Shown here in pieces: positions 10,013 through 22,285 of a stretch of 64,000 nucleotides of DNA (positions are counted from its first letter, which is position 1; every line of letters begins with the position of its first letter). The DNA comes from Schizochytrium sp. TIO01 (taxonomy: Eukaryota > Protista > Bigyra: Labyrinthulomycetes). The notes below the pieces were generated by a model. It ran no database searches. It was given only the letters and a program-made list of their open reading frames with translations, and was not told where the DNA came from. The translations under genes and the position numbers were made by a program. Location of the stretch: assembly GCA_004764695.1 (NCBI GenBank), contig SMSO01000034.1, positions 3,100,001 to 3,164,000 of the forward strand, given 5' to 3'.

Positions 10013-12049
10013 TTATTCCGAGGAGAAGGAATAGCGTTCCAACTGAGCCTCCTCAACCTCAAAATTATCATTGCTTGAAACAGGAACTGCACTTCGAAGG
10101 TCGCCTCGAGCTAAGTTTCGCATGGAATCAGATCGCGCCTTGAGAACCTTCGCACGGTTGATGACTCGCGACTTGTTCCAATCTGGAATGTCTTTAATGT
10201 TCTCTTCCACAAAGTTTTGAATGCGCACAACGAGTTTTTCCCGTTCTACGCGGAGCTCCTCCGCAGGCTGACGTTTGGAAGTGGAAAAGAAGGCACGAAT
10301 TGTGAGAAGATAGCGTGGCAAAAGACGGACTCGTCGCATGAGTGCTTCACCAAGTGTCGGGCAGATGTAGAACGAGTAGTAGGGTCCAAAGAAGAGAAAG
10401 CATGGTGGCAGAATCCATTTGGCGTTTTCGACAAACGTTGAGCCCCATGAACCCGGTTCCCGATCCAAATACGGCCAAGCAAATTTAAAGAAGACAAGCC
10501 ATAAACCACTGTAAAAGAGATGGAGCGCTGGAACCATCTTCATGGCGAGCATGATTGATTGGGATGCGGCCACGTCGCGAGCCTTGATTTTGACTGTAGA
10601 GGTCTCCACCGCTTTTTTCATTGCCTTGGGTACCTTGTACCTTACATACAAAGGAATTGGCAAGTTCAAGAGAACACCGGGTGCAATAACAGGCAGAACA
10701 AAGCCCATCATGCCGACTGTGGTAAGTACCTGGCTTGTCGCGTTCAAGAGGGTACGTGCGCTGCCCAATGGCTCCAAATCACGCACTTCCTTATCAGTGA
10801 GCCCTTGTGCACGGCAGTGTTCAAGATAATCTAAAACATCGTGAAGGAAGGATTTGATTTCAGGCTTGTCTTTCCACAAGTGGTAGGCGTAGCTAAAGCG
10901 TTGGTTCAGGTCAACATATTCTTTGGCGGAAAGTTCAACCTTGTTTTGATACATCCGGCGCGCAGTGCGCATAGCTTTGAGTGTTTCGAAGTCTGGGGCT
11001 GTGAGGCAGACAAAGTCAAGCGCTTGTTGCATGTCCTGTAAGAGCTCACTGCATGCTTGACGACGGGTTTCCTTCTTCCCGTACATGTCTACCAGCTTTT
11101 TAGAGATGGGGATAGGCTTACCGCAGTCCACAAACACCTTGCTACGAAAGACGTGGCCAGAGTAGTAGTTGATACCTACAGGTACGAGAGTGACAGGAGT
11201 GCCTCCCATGCGAGCTTGAAGAGCCATGATGGCCACACCAACCTTAAAGGGTAACAACTCAGTGCGATCATGACTGCCTCCTTCCGGGAAGATACCAACA
11301 CAGCCGCCTTCGTCGAGTTTCTTGTGGATTTCATCAAACATCTCTGAGTGCTGAATTTTGGGAGTTATTTTGTATGGAGTACCTGCATCCTCATTGTTGA
11401 CCGGGTTAACGTCGGTATCATCGTCCTTGGGGAGTTCTTTGAATGTCATTTCAGTGTCGGAGGAGGCGGCCTCAAGAGCAAATTGGCCAACATCCTTGAT
11501 AGTGATCATGAAGCCTTGCTCAATGCTCTGAAATGCAGTTTTCTCACCCTTGATTGTCCTGGACTTCAGGTCAATACTCTTGATGACACCCGGTCCATCT
11601 TTTGCACGGTCTTGAGGGCGGATTACAGGAACAGCGTCAAGCATGCGTGCACAGTCCCCGATGATGGGCCGGTGCATGCTTGATTCTGCAATGACAAAGG
11701 AAACCGGACGTTGTGCTGCGCGCATCATGACCATAGCATCCACAAATTGGTTGAAATGGTTGCCGAAAAGAATCACTGGCCCTTCGTCGGGGATGTTTTC
11801 GCTGTTGACAACCTCGATCCTGCTGAAAAAGACATCAAGGGCGGTCTCTGATAGAAATTTTACCACAGACCCAAGAGGCTTGAAGCGAGGCCGGGGCCAA
11901 TCCATCTTACTGCGCTCTTCGTCAGCAGTGTCTACATCGTCTTCGTCATCGTCATCTTCATGAGCCGTCACTGGCAAATCTTCGGATGCCACAGGTCCAT
12001 CCGGCTTAGCCTCAACGTAGCTGTCATGGTCCTTGTTTTGCTGTGTCAT
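10013..12049 (-). CDS. Glycerol-3-phosphate/DHAP O-acyltransferase, fungal SCT1/GPT2 type
   Basis: Acyltransferase motifs NHFNQFVD (HxxxxD) and GIFPEGGSHDR; insertion between motifs; C-terminal TM helices and the STVKIKARDVAAS motif of Sct1/Gpt2-like GPATs. Confidence 0.9.
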   Translation of the reverse strand: MTQQNKDHDSYVEAKPDGPVASEDLPVTAHEDDDDEDDVDTADEERSKMDWPRPRFKPLGSVVKFLSETALDVFFSRIEVVNSENIPDEGPVILFGNHFNQFVDAMVMMRAAQRPVSFVIAESSMHRPIIGDCARMLDAVPVIRPQDRAKDGPGVIKSIDLKSRTIKGEKTAFQSIEQGFMITIKDVGQFALEAASSDTEMTFKELPKDDDTDVNPVNNEDAGTPYKITPKIQHSEMFDEIHKKLDEGGCVGIFPEGGSHDRTELLPFKVGVAIMALQARMGGTPVTLVPVGINYYSGHVFRSKVFVDCGKPIPISKKLVDMYGKKETRRQACSELLQDMQQALDFVCLTAPDFETLKAMRTARRMYQNKVELSAKEYVDLNQRFSYAYHLWKDKPEIKSFLHDVLDYLEHCRAQGLTDKEVRDLEPLGSARTLLNATSQVLTTVGMMGFVLPVIAPGVLLNLPIPLYVRYKVPKAMKKAVETSTVKIKARDVAASQSIMLAMKMVPALHLFYSGLWLVFFKFAWPYLDREPGSWGSTFVENAKWILPPCFLFFGPYYSFYICPTLGEALMRRVRLLPRYLLTIRAFFSTSKRQPAEELRVEREKLVVRIQNFVEENIKDIPDWNKSRVINRAKVLKARSDSMRNLARGDLRSAVPVSSNDNFEVEEAQLERYSFSSE

Positions 12050-13031
12050 CTTGATCGAAACAATCTCTGGCTAGATATCGAAGATATCCGCACTCCTCAC
12101 GCCTTTATAATTCCAACGCAACTTTCGACAGCGAAGTTGTTGTGGATTTGCTGCAAAGCTTGTTCAAGGTCCTTCTCGGAATACTTACAAGTGAATAAAC
12201 TGGTTGGAGGAATGAATGAAAGAAAGAAAGAAAGAAAGCCTGAACTTCTGGTTCTTCGGATCAGCTCGCCTCGCGATGGAGCAGGCGAAGGCCACCTGCA
12301 CGCGGGCAGACGAGGGTGGCTGTAGGTTTCTCCGCTGCGCCTTGGCGGATCTCTCGTCGCTTCTGGACTTCGTCGCCCCGGCTGCAGGCACCTGAAGGAG
12401 TTCTGAAGAGTCAGAGCGCCAAGAAGTCGTGAAATCCATCAATCATTCAAGTCGCAACAAACAAACAAACAAACAACAAAAGAAGAACAAGAAAAGGAAT
12501 CGAAACGAAACGAAAACTTATCTTCTTCCTCCTCCTCCTCCTTTCCCTTTTCCTCGTTTCTCGCTCGCTCGCTCGCACAGCCACCGCCGCCGCCGCCAGA
12601 AGAGCCTCCGCCTCGAGCTTCCCGAAGGCCGTCTGCTCGTGCCCGCCCGCGGCGAGGCCAATGCATACCCTCTTTAAACAGACGGTATTCATGATTCTCT
12701 CTCTCTTCTCATTTTACTTTTCCAAGATTTATTTATCATCATTATTATCATCGCTCACTTTCGATCGAAGTTTAGTTTCAATCTAAACAGAAAGAAACTC
12801 ATAACAACTATCATTATCAATTGAACGAACAGCTGGGACGACGAAAGGTCGTCCTCAGAAAGAACCCTTTGCCATGGATCGACTGACACTCATCTTCCTG
12901 AGTTGCTGAGCTGCCTGCGCCTGGTGTCATTTACACACGTGCATTTATTTCTACACTCAAGGCCTTTCCAACGTGCCATCGTTGAATCCTGAAAAGGCGG
13001 AGTCCTCTCAGTCTTGAACCGATGGAAAACG

Positions 13032-13295
13032 TTCATTCATTCATTCATTCATTCGTTTATTCATTCGTTTATTCATTCGTTTATTCGATTATTCGATTAT
13101 TCAATTATTCATTCACATTCAATTATTCATTCACATTCAATTATTCATTTTCATTCATTCATTCATTCATTCATTCATTCATTCGTTTATTCGATTATTC
13201 GATTATTCAATTATTCATTTACATTCATTCATTCGTTTACATTCAATTATTCATTCACATTCAATTATTCATTCATCATTCAATCATTCACATTC
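13032..13295 (+). repeat. Compound (TTCA)-derived satellite with higher-order units
   Basis: ATTC/TTCA runs interleaved with recurring ATTCGTTT, ATTCGATT and ATTCACATTCAATT variants. Confidence 0.9.
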
Positions 13296-13696
13296 CTTTC
13301 ATTATAATGAGAGAAAGGTCACTCCTGCTTTACAGGAAGTAAGAACGGATTCGCAGAGCTGAGCATTCATTCTCGTCTCTTCTCGTTTCCTTCTGCGGAC
13401 GTCTCTTCGATTGCTTGCAGCAGGCTTCTTCGCAGGTCTGGGACGTCCACACATACGCACACGCATGCACACAGCCAAACGCAATCCACGGCAGACTTCG
13501 ATGTCCTGCGCTCAGCAATTGCTTCGTCAGAGAACGACTTTGGTCTTCGAAGGCGCTCGTGACAATCGATCCATCCATCCTCAGAAGAAGAAGAAACAAA
13601 CAAAGAAACAGAGAAAACACGGAATCCTTTCCACCCTTTACTCTTTTGCGGGCGGCTAGAAGTACTTACCCGCCCACTAGCCACACTCGCTCTGCC

Positions 13697-13697
13697 T

Positions 13698-13765
<68 letters not shown>
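13697..13765 (+). repeat. (TTTC)n microsatellite
   Basis: Directly visible. Confidence 0.95.
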
Positions 13766-13766
<1 letters not shown>

Positions 13767-16012
13767 TATTTTAAAATTTTAATTAAATGCATCTTTCGTT
13801 CTGATGGGATTGTTTCAATTGAGTGAACATAAAAACGCTTCAAAGACTAAGATACAATAGTATGAGTTTGTTTGTCCACCTTCAAAATGTGTTTTCAGAC
13901 CTGAGCGAAAGTTAATAATAACAATAATCATCATCATCATAGTAATAAATAAAGCTACGACTTAATACAAATATGCTAGAGGAAACATGTGTAAGTTTTT
14001 TGGAATTGTTATAACTAATTTAAAAAAGGAAAGGAAAGAAAAGAAAAAAGAACGTCCAGTTTCTCATGTTTGTTTTCTTCACGTTCTATTATGGTCAATT
14101 CAATTCGATATTAATTCTCAATGGTGTTCTTCATCCGAAACTGAGAACAATCAATTCCAGTCGTTCTACTTTAACAAAAAGAGAACGGCCGCAAAAGGAG
14201 AACGAGTTAACAATTTCTTCGAACTTCCGCTCTCGCGCTTCCTCCTCGTGAAGCGGAGGCGTTCTGGCCTCACCGCTCTCTGCCAGCAGTCCCTCCTCGT
14301 ACGCGTGACGAAGGGCTCTACCTCTCCTCAGCCAAGCAGCCAGGCAGCCAAGCAAGCTGAGAACGCGAACCCACCCACCCATCCCTTCATCCATCAATCG
14401 CATTGCATTGCATTGCATTGCAATTGCGATTGCAATTGCAATTGCAATTCCGCAGAGATTGCAGCCCAGCTAGGGGTCAGTTAGCCTAATCTCTAGCACT
14501 TGCGAGCTCTCGACTCGGCATTCATTCTGTTGTGGAAAGCATCAATAACGTCGCGGAGACCATTCGTGGGATTGCTCTGCAGAAGTTCACGAGAAACGAG
14601 ACATGAGCGGCAAGCAGGTCGGGACAAGGAGGATTCTGCTGTGCGGTGCTGGAGCACAAGTCTGGGGAATCAATTTCAATTAGACTCGGCTGCTGAACAA
14701 GGTTCGCTGCCCTGGCCGTGGCCACGATGTCGAACCGGGCGAAGCTCTGGAGCGCTTTGCTTTGGGGATAGCTGGAGTTTATTTAATACCTGGTACAGTG
14801 AAGGGGTTGGTGAGGTGTTTGGCGCTTTCGTCGCACTGCGTCAGAGGGCATGAGCTAAAGTCTTCCAGGCTGGGTGAAAGCCTAAGCCCGAATAATCGCT
14901 CGGTGCCTTCGTCGTTACAGGCATATGCCGTGTAAGTGATTGAGCTGCAAGATATCAGGTTTACGAGGGAGTCTTGGCTTTAGAAGATCCGGTTATCAAG
15001 GAAGCTTCACTTGCAGATCGATGGCACTGTCGGTGGAGAGATTCCTCTGCGATAAAAAAGTTTTCATTGCTTGGGTTAGGAAGATCTTGCGGAAGAGAGT
15101 CTCTTCGAAAAAACATTCTGATATAGACGAGTTGTCAAGTTTGTGAGGCTCAAAGCGATGCAAGGGCTTCAATACCTCATAACGCTTGGGATTGCTAACT
15201 TATCTTCAAGTTGGGAAAAGATGCGACTGATACTATTTAGGCTGGCTAGGGCGTTTCTAGTGTGTGCCGTGAGGAATCTCGTAGATGCAGCAATTAGTCA
15301 GTCCTTGGCACTTTGGTTTCTCTAGCGAGGGAATGAAGAAAGTCCAGGTGCACACGTGATCATCGCATGCAGAAATTAAAAATGAAAGAAACTAGAAATG
15401 AAAGAAATGAGAATGCCGGGTCAATTAATGGGTTGGGGATGTCAGTGATTTTTGCTATGCAGCGAAAAGGTAGCCCAATATACATTGTCAAAGAACAACA
15501 GCCAGCGCAGATTACAGCCAACGAAAAACCGTGTGCGGGATGACCATGGTAACCTGATTGGTACTTCTCGTTTTGCAACTAGACCTAGATAATTATTTCT
15601 ATTATTATGATTTGTAAACTATTCTAGTCTGGGTTTTAGGGGGGTGGGGGTGGTGGGGGTTATTTATTTATGTATGTATGTGTGTATGTACGTCTTTTGA
15701 TATTTACTCAGGCTCTCGTGCTACAGCAATTACAGTTATCATCGATTTTCAGTCACATCGTCATAGCATGTAAGTTTTTATGCTGCATGATTAGATTCAC
15801 AGAGAAGAAGCACAGAGCAATGTAGAGATTTGGTCACTATTCTCTCTCTCGATGTGAGGCATGGGCGTAAACACGCACGCGCTGATCACAGCAAAATAGC
15901 ATCAATATGAGCTTGAAGCTCGATGTGTTCGTCTCAAGTGGAGAAGAGAAAAATAGCCACTACTGCAAGTCTATGACGAGACAGGAATTGAATTGGGCGG
16001 CTTCCACATATT

Positions 16013-16768
16013 TTAATTTGATGAATGATTGTTAGTTGGCAAACGCACAGCTGTCAACTTTTTAACTTTTCTTGCATCTGCAGGCGGATTTGGGCCTCTC
16101 CGAAGCAAACCAACCCGGTGCACCACATCGAGGTGCTCACGGTTCTCACGGTCAAAACCAAAGCATCTAGTTTGACCTACACGACGTCGAAATGCGCCTG
16201 GAGGAAGGTTTGGCTGGTCACGGACATGAACTGGTGGAAAACCCGTTCTTATTAGACTAGGCTTGCCACGTGAAAGGCCCATTTTTGCGATTGCGCGGCT
16301 ATAGGATGGTTGTCGTAACTCGGACTCTTCAGCAGCTCTGCGGGGCCAAGTTTCTCCTTTTGCTCCTTGGCCTTTGATACTAAGGTCGATGGGAAGTTTA
16401 GGGTCAAAAACACTGGCCATCATTTTGCTCATTGGTTTAGCGGGTTTGGCAGGTTGTGCGCCCAGTGCAGAACGCAGGTGCTCTTCTTCATCCTCCTCCT
16501 CGTCTCCTGATGAATCAGCTAAGCATAAATGGGTTTTGCGCCATGCTCGTGTGTTCGGCGGCAGCGGCTTCACGCCCAGCGACTCGAAAATTTCCGGGAT
16601 TTGACTCACTTCCCTCCACGACTCATAGCGGCGATCAGGGCTGCTTAAGCTCGCACGATGACTGCCCATACTATGTTTCTTGTTGAACATACTATATGTT
16701 TTCCGCGAAGGGGGTGCCGGCTCAGCTTGCGTAAGCTCCGCTTTGCCAGCATCTCGGGTTTGCAGCAT
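16013..16768 (-). CDS. Hypothetical protein (largely disordered, 251 aa)
   Basis: Isolated long ORF with a good start context (CACCGCCATG), coding-like GC and an acidic tract DEEEDEEE; no family recognised. Confidence 0.55.
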   Translation of the reverse strand: MLQTRDAGKAELTQAEPAPPSRKTYSMFNKKHSMGSHRASLSSPDRRYESWREVSQIPEIFESLGVKPLPPNTRAWRKTHLCLADSSGDEEEDEEEHLRSALGAQPAKPAKPMSKMMASVFDPKLPIDLSIKGQGAKGETWPRRAAEESELRQPSYSRAIAKMGLSRGKPSLIRTGFPPVHVRDQPNLPPGAFRRRVGQTRCFGFDRENREHLDVVHRVGLLRRGPNPPADARKVKKLTAVRLPTNNHSSN

Positions 16769-18459
16769 GGCGGTGCTCCACTACTTCGCCACTATCTGAC
16801 AACTCAACGATTGAACACCGATAGCTCAAGCTAGCTGGCCACGCTACTCTGAGATAATCAGCAACTCTATAACAATTCCCTCCTCCTCCCTGTTGGTCAA
16901 GCTACAGGTCTTCCCAACAATTTTGTTCTTCTAAGCGAGTTTTTCTGCACGTGCGAAGCGAACCAAGGCAATCTCTGATGCTGCCTGGAGGCGCAACCCC
17001 CCCTCGAGGATCGTGCCGGCCAGGCCTGAGGCAGGCCTTGGCGAACTCCACGTCAGAGCACGCACGCCCGCTCCGGGGCGCGAGGTAGATTTATCTATGG
17101 ACACGCCACAGAGTCAAGATAAGTGGACCCATACATGGGCACAGCGAAAGCACTTGCCGCGTTTCAACTTCGTTCGGGACCACTCGGCGCGGTGGTCAAA
17201 ATGGATTTAGTACACACCGTTCTAGGTGTTTTCTAATACCAAAATAAGCGTATGAAAATAATACTCTTACAGTGATTTTCGTAGTGTAGCCTGACGAAGA
17301 CGAGCTTCTCCATGTAAGTTGAAGCTGATTTGCTGCGCAGGTGATGCAGCCGGACAAAACAAACCCAAGGGCAGGTAGCAGAAAATTTGAGACGGAGTTA
17401 TGGAGTTGTGAAGACTGTGGTTCCGGGTAAGGCTGGTCTGTGGGCAGAGGCAGAAGGGCTCGAAATGGCAAATACATAGGTAATTAGTAGGTACTACTAG
17501 ATGATGACAAAATTGTTGTGCATCACATACCAGAAAAGGTGTATTTGGTTCATGAGAGGAGTAATTTTCGAAACAGGATCAATTCAAGGTTAGAGAGAAA
17601 AGTACCTGGGACTTGTCGGTACAGGGGCAATGGCTTCATTATTCAGAGCATTAGAAAAAAAGATTGTGACTTTCACTGGTGACGAAGCACTTTGATGACG
17701 CAAAATATATAGTATTTGAGCAAGCGAAAGAAGTTTGTCTACATGCTAAAGTGGATACCTGCAATGGAGATTAACCAAGAAGCCTAATTTAGTGTCGGAT
17801 GACACCTGAGTGTTGTCTCAAGATAATGACTCTAAGAAATAGAACTTAAAGTGGATTTACCAGTTATTGTGATGGCTCTGTCTGCTTGGTGAAGGAGAAA
17901 AGAGGATTTACTTCATAGATGTGTCAAGGTAGGAATCCAGAGTGTTTTGGCAGATTGCGGTCTAATTTGTACATATGGGAGGGAATCTGCAGCGTTTGCG
18001 AAATAAAGGCTCGCAGGTTAGGTCAATTAATTAGGATAAGGTTATTGGATTAATTATTAAAGTTGGGTAAGACATGAAAAGCCAACAATGCCACCTACAA
18101 GAAATAATTGGGAAGTTTTTAATGTCTGGAAGAGTTGAGTCGAATCGTCGTTTGGAAAGGTTTAAATTCCCTCGTAGCAGGAAAAAAAGAGGAGGGGCTT
18201 TTGTTTTAGTTTAGGAAGCGTAGAAATCCTTATGGCAGTTAAATTGCAATGAAGTCAAGTAGAAAAGAATGAGTCAACTGTTTAACGTTCAAGTTCATTT
18301 CATTACACCTAGTATTATAAACCAACGAAATGTGGTATTCTAAGAAGGGTCAAAAGTTGCAGAGTTGGGTTTAGTGTAAATATTGGAAAACGCCCATGTT
18401 CTAGATTCCGGCTAGTCTTTAACTTTTCTATTTCAATATTCTCTCCATATAAATACAAA

Positions 18460-19584
18460 TCATACAGCAACACTAGTACGCACGCCCATTTCATCGTCGG
18501 CATCCGCAGGCTCCCGTTTTGCTTTGCTTTTGGCTTGTTGGTCAAGGTTTTTGGAGAGTTCTGCTTCAGCGGACTGACCACTGAGGAAATCCCCACGGCG
18601 AAACAGGCAACCTTCAACTAGGGTATACGCAACACAACTGGGTGTCCATGTGGTTCCTTCTTGCGTAAATACCGATGCCAAGAGTGCCCGCTTTCTTACT
18701 TTGGTGGCCAGTGCAGTGATAGATGTTAATTTAATAGAGTGTGAAGAGTCCATCTCCTCGTCCATTACACAGACCATGAAGCGCGAATGAGTTGTACCAG
18801 GGTCACCTGTTATTAATCGAAATCAATACAAAATCATCATCAAAACTCAAGCGCGTTAGTTGAGCGGGGATTCAATAAATGCAATAGAAGGTCCCACGGA
18901 CTTTTCAAAAAAGAAAAGAAAAAGAAAAAACGTACTAGTATAAATCACAAAGTCACAACCGAAGTTTGTTCCACGGGTAATAATCCATCCTTTTCGCCAG
19001 AGATCTTCGAAAACAAGTGCACATCGTCGTTCAAATTCACTTCTGGGGAAACTGAATGTGGCGTTTCCCTCATCGCTTGCATTAAGGTGCTCAGCACTTT
19101 CATCTGTGACTTCTACAGATGCATCTGACTTTGCTCTAGCAACCCAGATGTTGGCATTCTTGGAGGGCCGCTCCAAACGGATGAGGTTCTCAAGTTCGGC
19201 AACACGTGCCTCTTCAGGTGTCAGACGCAACGGCATAACGACGGTTGCCTTGTAGTTAAGGGGTTTGGCAGGTCGATCCACAGTTACCTCATCAACGATA
19301 TGCTCGAGTAATTCAAGTGTCTTTTCTCGAGACCGGCCTGCAGGGGCATCTTCTTCGTCCGGTTTGGGCTTTTGATTAAAAGCAGCCAGACGTTCTTCGA
19401 CCAGAGCATCAACATTGGGTACAGGTTTGCGCATTTCGTGAAGTTTGCGTTTTTTAGAGTTCATGTCTGGTGGCCGCTTGGAATAGATTGCGGAGAACAG
19501 CCTATTTTCGAAGAGCTTTTGCGCGAGCGCAGCATCGTGAACGACCACGGTGTCTTGAAAGGTGATCGGCCGCAGCGAGCTCAT
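18460..19584 (-). CDS. SEN34: tRNA-splicing endonuclease catalytic subunit (Sen34-like); 2 exons
   Basis: Exons 19584-18936 and 18806-18460; intron 18935-18807 (GTACGT...ACAG). The spliced motif VFEDLWRKGWIITRGTNFGCDFVIYTSDPGTTHSRF...ATKVRKRALLA holds the Tyr/His/Lys triad. Sen34 rather than Sen2 is assigned by motif resemblance only. Confidence 0.8.
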
Positions 19585-20584
19585 CCTTTCTTCACACGTT
19601 TGGGTCACAGGAGGTTGCGGATCTCCCTTCTTCCCAGCCCTCGCCTGGTTAGCTGTTTTCTGCCCACCGCTCTTGAGCAGGAGCTAGGTACCTGGGTAGT
19701 ATGTGTTTCTTCAGCCCGTTTTTTTGTTGCAGACCACCAACTTGTTTCTCAAGCTAGACGTCACATTTGACTACCTACATTGTTGTTGTAATACTAAAGA
19801 AATCTGCGCTGCCTATTTTAATTGTGAGCTGCAGCTTCCACGGATTCTGTTGAACTTTGCTTTGCTTTGCTTCGCTTGCTTTGTAGGGACCCTGCAGACG
19901 AGTGAAAGCTTAGAAGAGTGAGTACCTAGGTAACCACCATCTCATGTTGCCTCTTAAGCACGCACGCCCGCCATTTCTGACCAAGAAATCCAAGAAATGC
20001 ACATTATAATGAAAACCAAAATGAAAAAAAAGGTGACGATTCACAAACGCTCAAAGTTGCGCAAGTCGCTCCAAACACAGCACCCACGCTATCTTCTTCT
20101 CATCAGCAGAACCCAACGATCGAGCTACTCCGCCACAGTTTCACAACCTTTGCAACCAGCTCCACACCAGCTTTTATCAAGTCGGGTGCTGCGTTGACAA
20201 ACATGCAACTGAGCCCTGCGTTATTTCGTTCCGCAACCCCCGAACAACCGTTTCACGAAACCCTGTCCATCCGCCGCTTGGATATTTATTCCACAATCAA
20301 TCAGCTCTCTGCAGCCTTTGTTGAAGCCCTCCCTTGCAGCGGTTCCTCCGCAGAAGCCCGAGCTTCTTGGCTGCTGCGGCCTCTCGAGGGCGTCTGCAGG
20401 CAGGCAGGCAGGCAGAGCAGGCTCTCCGCGCCAGGTCTCGGCCTGGAGGCAAAGCAGAATTGGCTAAAATGGTGAAATGAGAAGGAAAGAAAACATCGAA
20501 GAAGAAAAAGAAAGAAAGATAATAAAGCCTCAATGGACATACATACATAACAGATAACAGAACTTTTAAAGAAAAAGAAAGAAA

Positions 20585-20615
<31 letters not shown>

Positions 20616-21513
20616 AAAAAAAAAAAACTGTAAAGCTTCAATGACAATGATAGTGCTAGCAGTGGGTAGATAAGAGGTAGTAGGCAATCGATTCATGCAA
20701 TAGATCGAAAGACAGAAAGTTTGCGAGGTTAGTTATCCTTCATGACCGTCGCGAGTTCTGTTTATTTATTCATTTATTTATTTATTTATTTATTTATTAG
20801 CTTGCTGGGCTTATCCTGTTTGATGGCTTGCCTCTGCTTGCTTGCTTTCTATTGAGCGTACCGACTCATGATATATATATGGTTTGTTTGCGAGACCACG
20901 AGTTCTGCGATAATATGGCGGCACTCGAATCCAGTCAATGAGCGCCTACCACCTTCTACCACCCACATACCACTTATTAAGACAGGCCATAACTCCATTA
21001 CTCTCTATCTTCTCTTTCTCCTATTAATTAAAGTTAACATTAAATTCACAATATAAAATACAATAAACTAAACTAAGCTAAAACTAAAATACAATAAACC
21101 ATGAACAAACTTGTCTCCACAAGAGAAATGAATGAATCAGCAGTAGACGGGAGGGCAGGCTCCTTTTGAGGACGAGAGACCGAACCACCGTCACAGCCCA
21201 AGTACCGCACGTCACAGTGAAACAGTGCCTTCAACAAACCACAATCAAACAGTATCCAGAGCAATGCATCGATCAATCCATCAATCCATCAATCCATCAA
21301 TCAATCCATCAATACACAAATGAACTAAAAAGAAGTGCGTAGTATCTATAAATAGATATCTCTCTATATATAGATAGATAGATATACGTATGTATGTATT
21401 ATGAAGTACCAGAATGGAGAAAAGATATTGAATGTCCCATGTTTACGAATCACAGCCTAATCGAAGGAATCGCTCTTTCGCTCACCCGCTCTCCCTCCTC
21501 CCCCAGCGGGTGC

Positions 21514-21563
21514 AGACAGACAGACAGACAGACAGGCAGACAGAAAGAAAGACAGACAGACAG
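21514..21563 (+). repeat. (GACA)n microsatellite; complementary (TGTC)n copy at 22155-22173
   Basis: Directly visible. Confidence 0.85.
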
Positions 21564-21702
21564 AGCGCCGCCGCGGCAGCAGCCTCTCCGCCCCCGAAGA
21601 GCAGCCTCCGCGAGCTTCGCAGAAGGCACTGCGCTCATCGCCTCTTTCGCTCTTTGGATTGATTCTTCAGTGAAATCAATCGTCGCCGCCATTTTATCCC
21701 AG

Positions 21703-21966
21703 CCGTAGGCCTCAGTAGCCGATCCCTACGCGGCCGCCGCTACTGTAGAGCAAACCCGATAGCCTACAGTGGCGCTCCACCCGCAAGTGAACAATGCGCG
21801 CTCCACAGTGGGCTATTCTCGCTGCAAGTGGAGAATCGGCGCTTCCCGCGATCCTGAGAGACAGCCTTAGGCCCAGCTATGCTAAACGTTAGCACTGGGC
21901 AGAGAACCTTGGACTGCGGAGGGGTGCCGACCGCTGAGTTGATAGGTAGGCGCGAATATGGGCGCC
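21703..21966 (+). ncRNA. Candidate structured non-coding RNA (family unassigned)
   Basis: A run of hairpins read by eye: CGTAGG/CCTACG, CGCTACTGTAG/CTACAGTGGCG, ATTCTC/GAGAAT with a GCAA-containing loop, CCTGAG/CTTAGG, CCCAG..TGCTAA/TTAGCA..CTGGG, GCGG/CCGC and GGCGC/GCGCC. No track ORF spans it (21394..21708 ends at its left edge). Confidence 0.35.
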
Positions 21967-22243
21967 AAGAGAGATTTGATGGATGAAGATATGGAAAGCA
22001 GTCGAAGATCGACGTGACGATGGAAACCGCGGCGAAGAGGAGCGCTGCGGCTGCAGGAGGACTGACTGCCTAAGCGCCTCTCTGCCTCTCTGCCTGCCTG
22101 CGTGCGTGCGGGAGCTGCGTCGCCTCGCGAGAGCTTAGGCCTGCGAAGCCTTCAGTCTGTCTGTCTGTCTGTCATTCATAGCGGTATCTATTTCCTTATT
22201 TCTGTCTGTATTTCTTCTTTTGATTGTTTGATTATTTGATTAT

Positions 22244-22285
22244 TTGTTTGTTTGTTTGTTTGTTTGTTTGTTTGTTTGTTTGTTT
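22244..22285 (+). repeat. (TTTG)n microsatellite
   Basis: Directly visible. Confidence 0.95.

Noticed and set aside
13014-13342. ORFs rich in FIHS/SFIH
   Set aside because: Translations of the TTCA satellite.
21919-21945. GGGGTGC..GCTGAG resembling the 5' half of a TPP riboswitch
   Set aside because: The downstream conserved elements (ACC..GAACCTGAT..GTAGGGA) are absent and no thiamine gene is adjacent.
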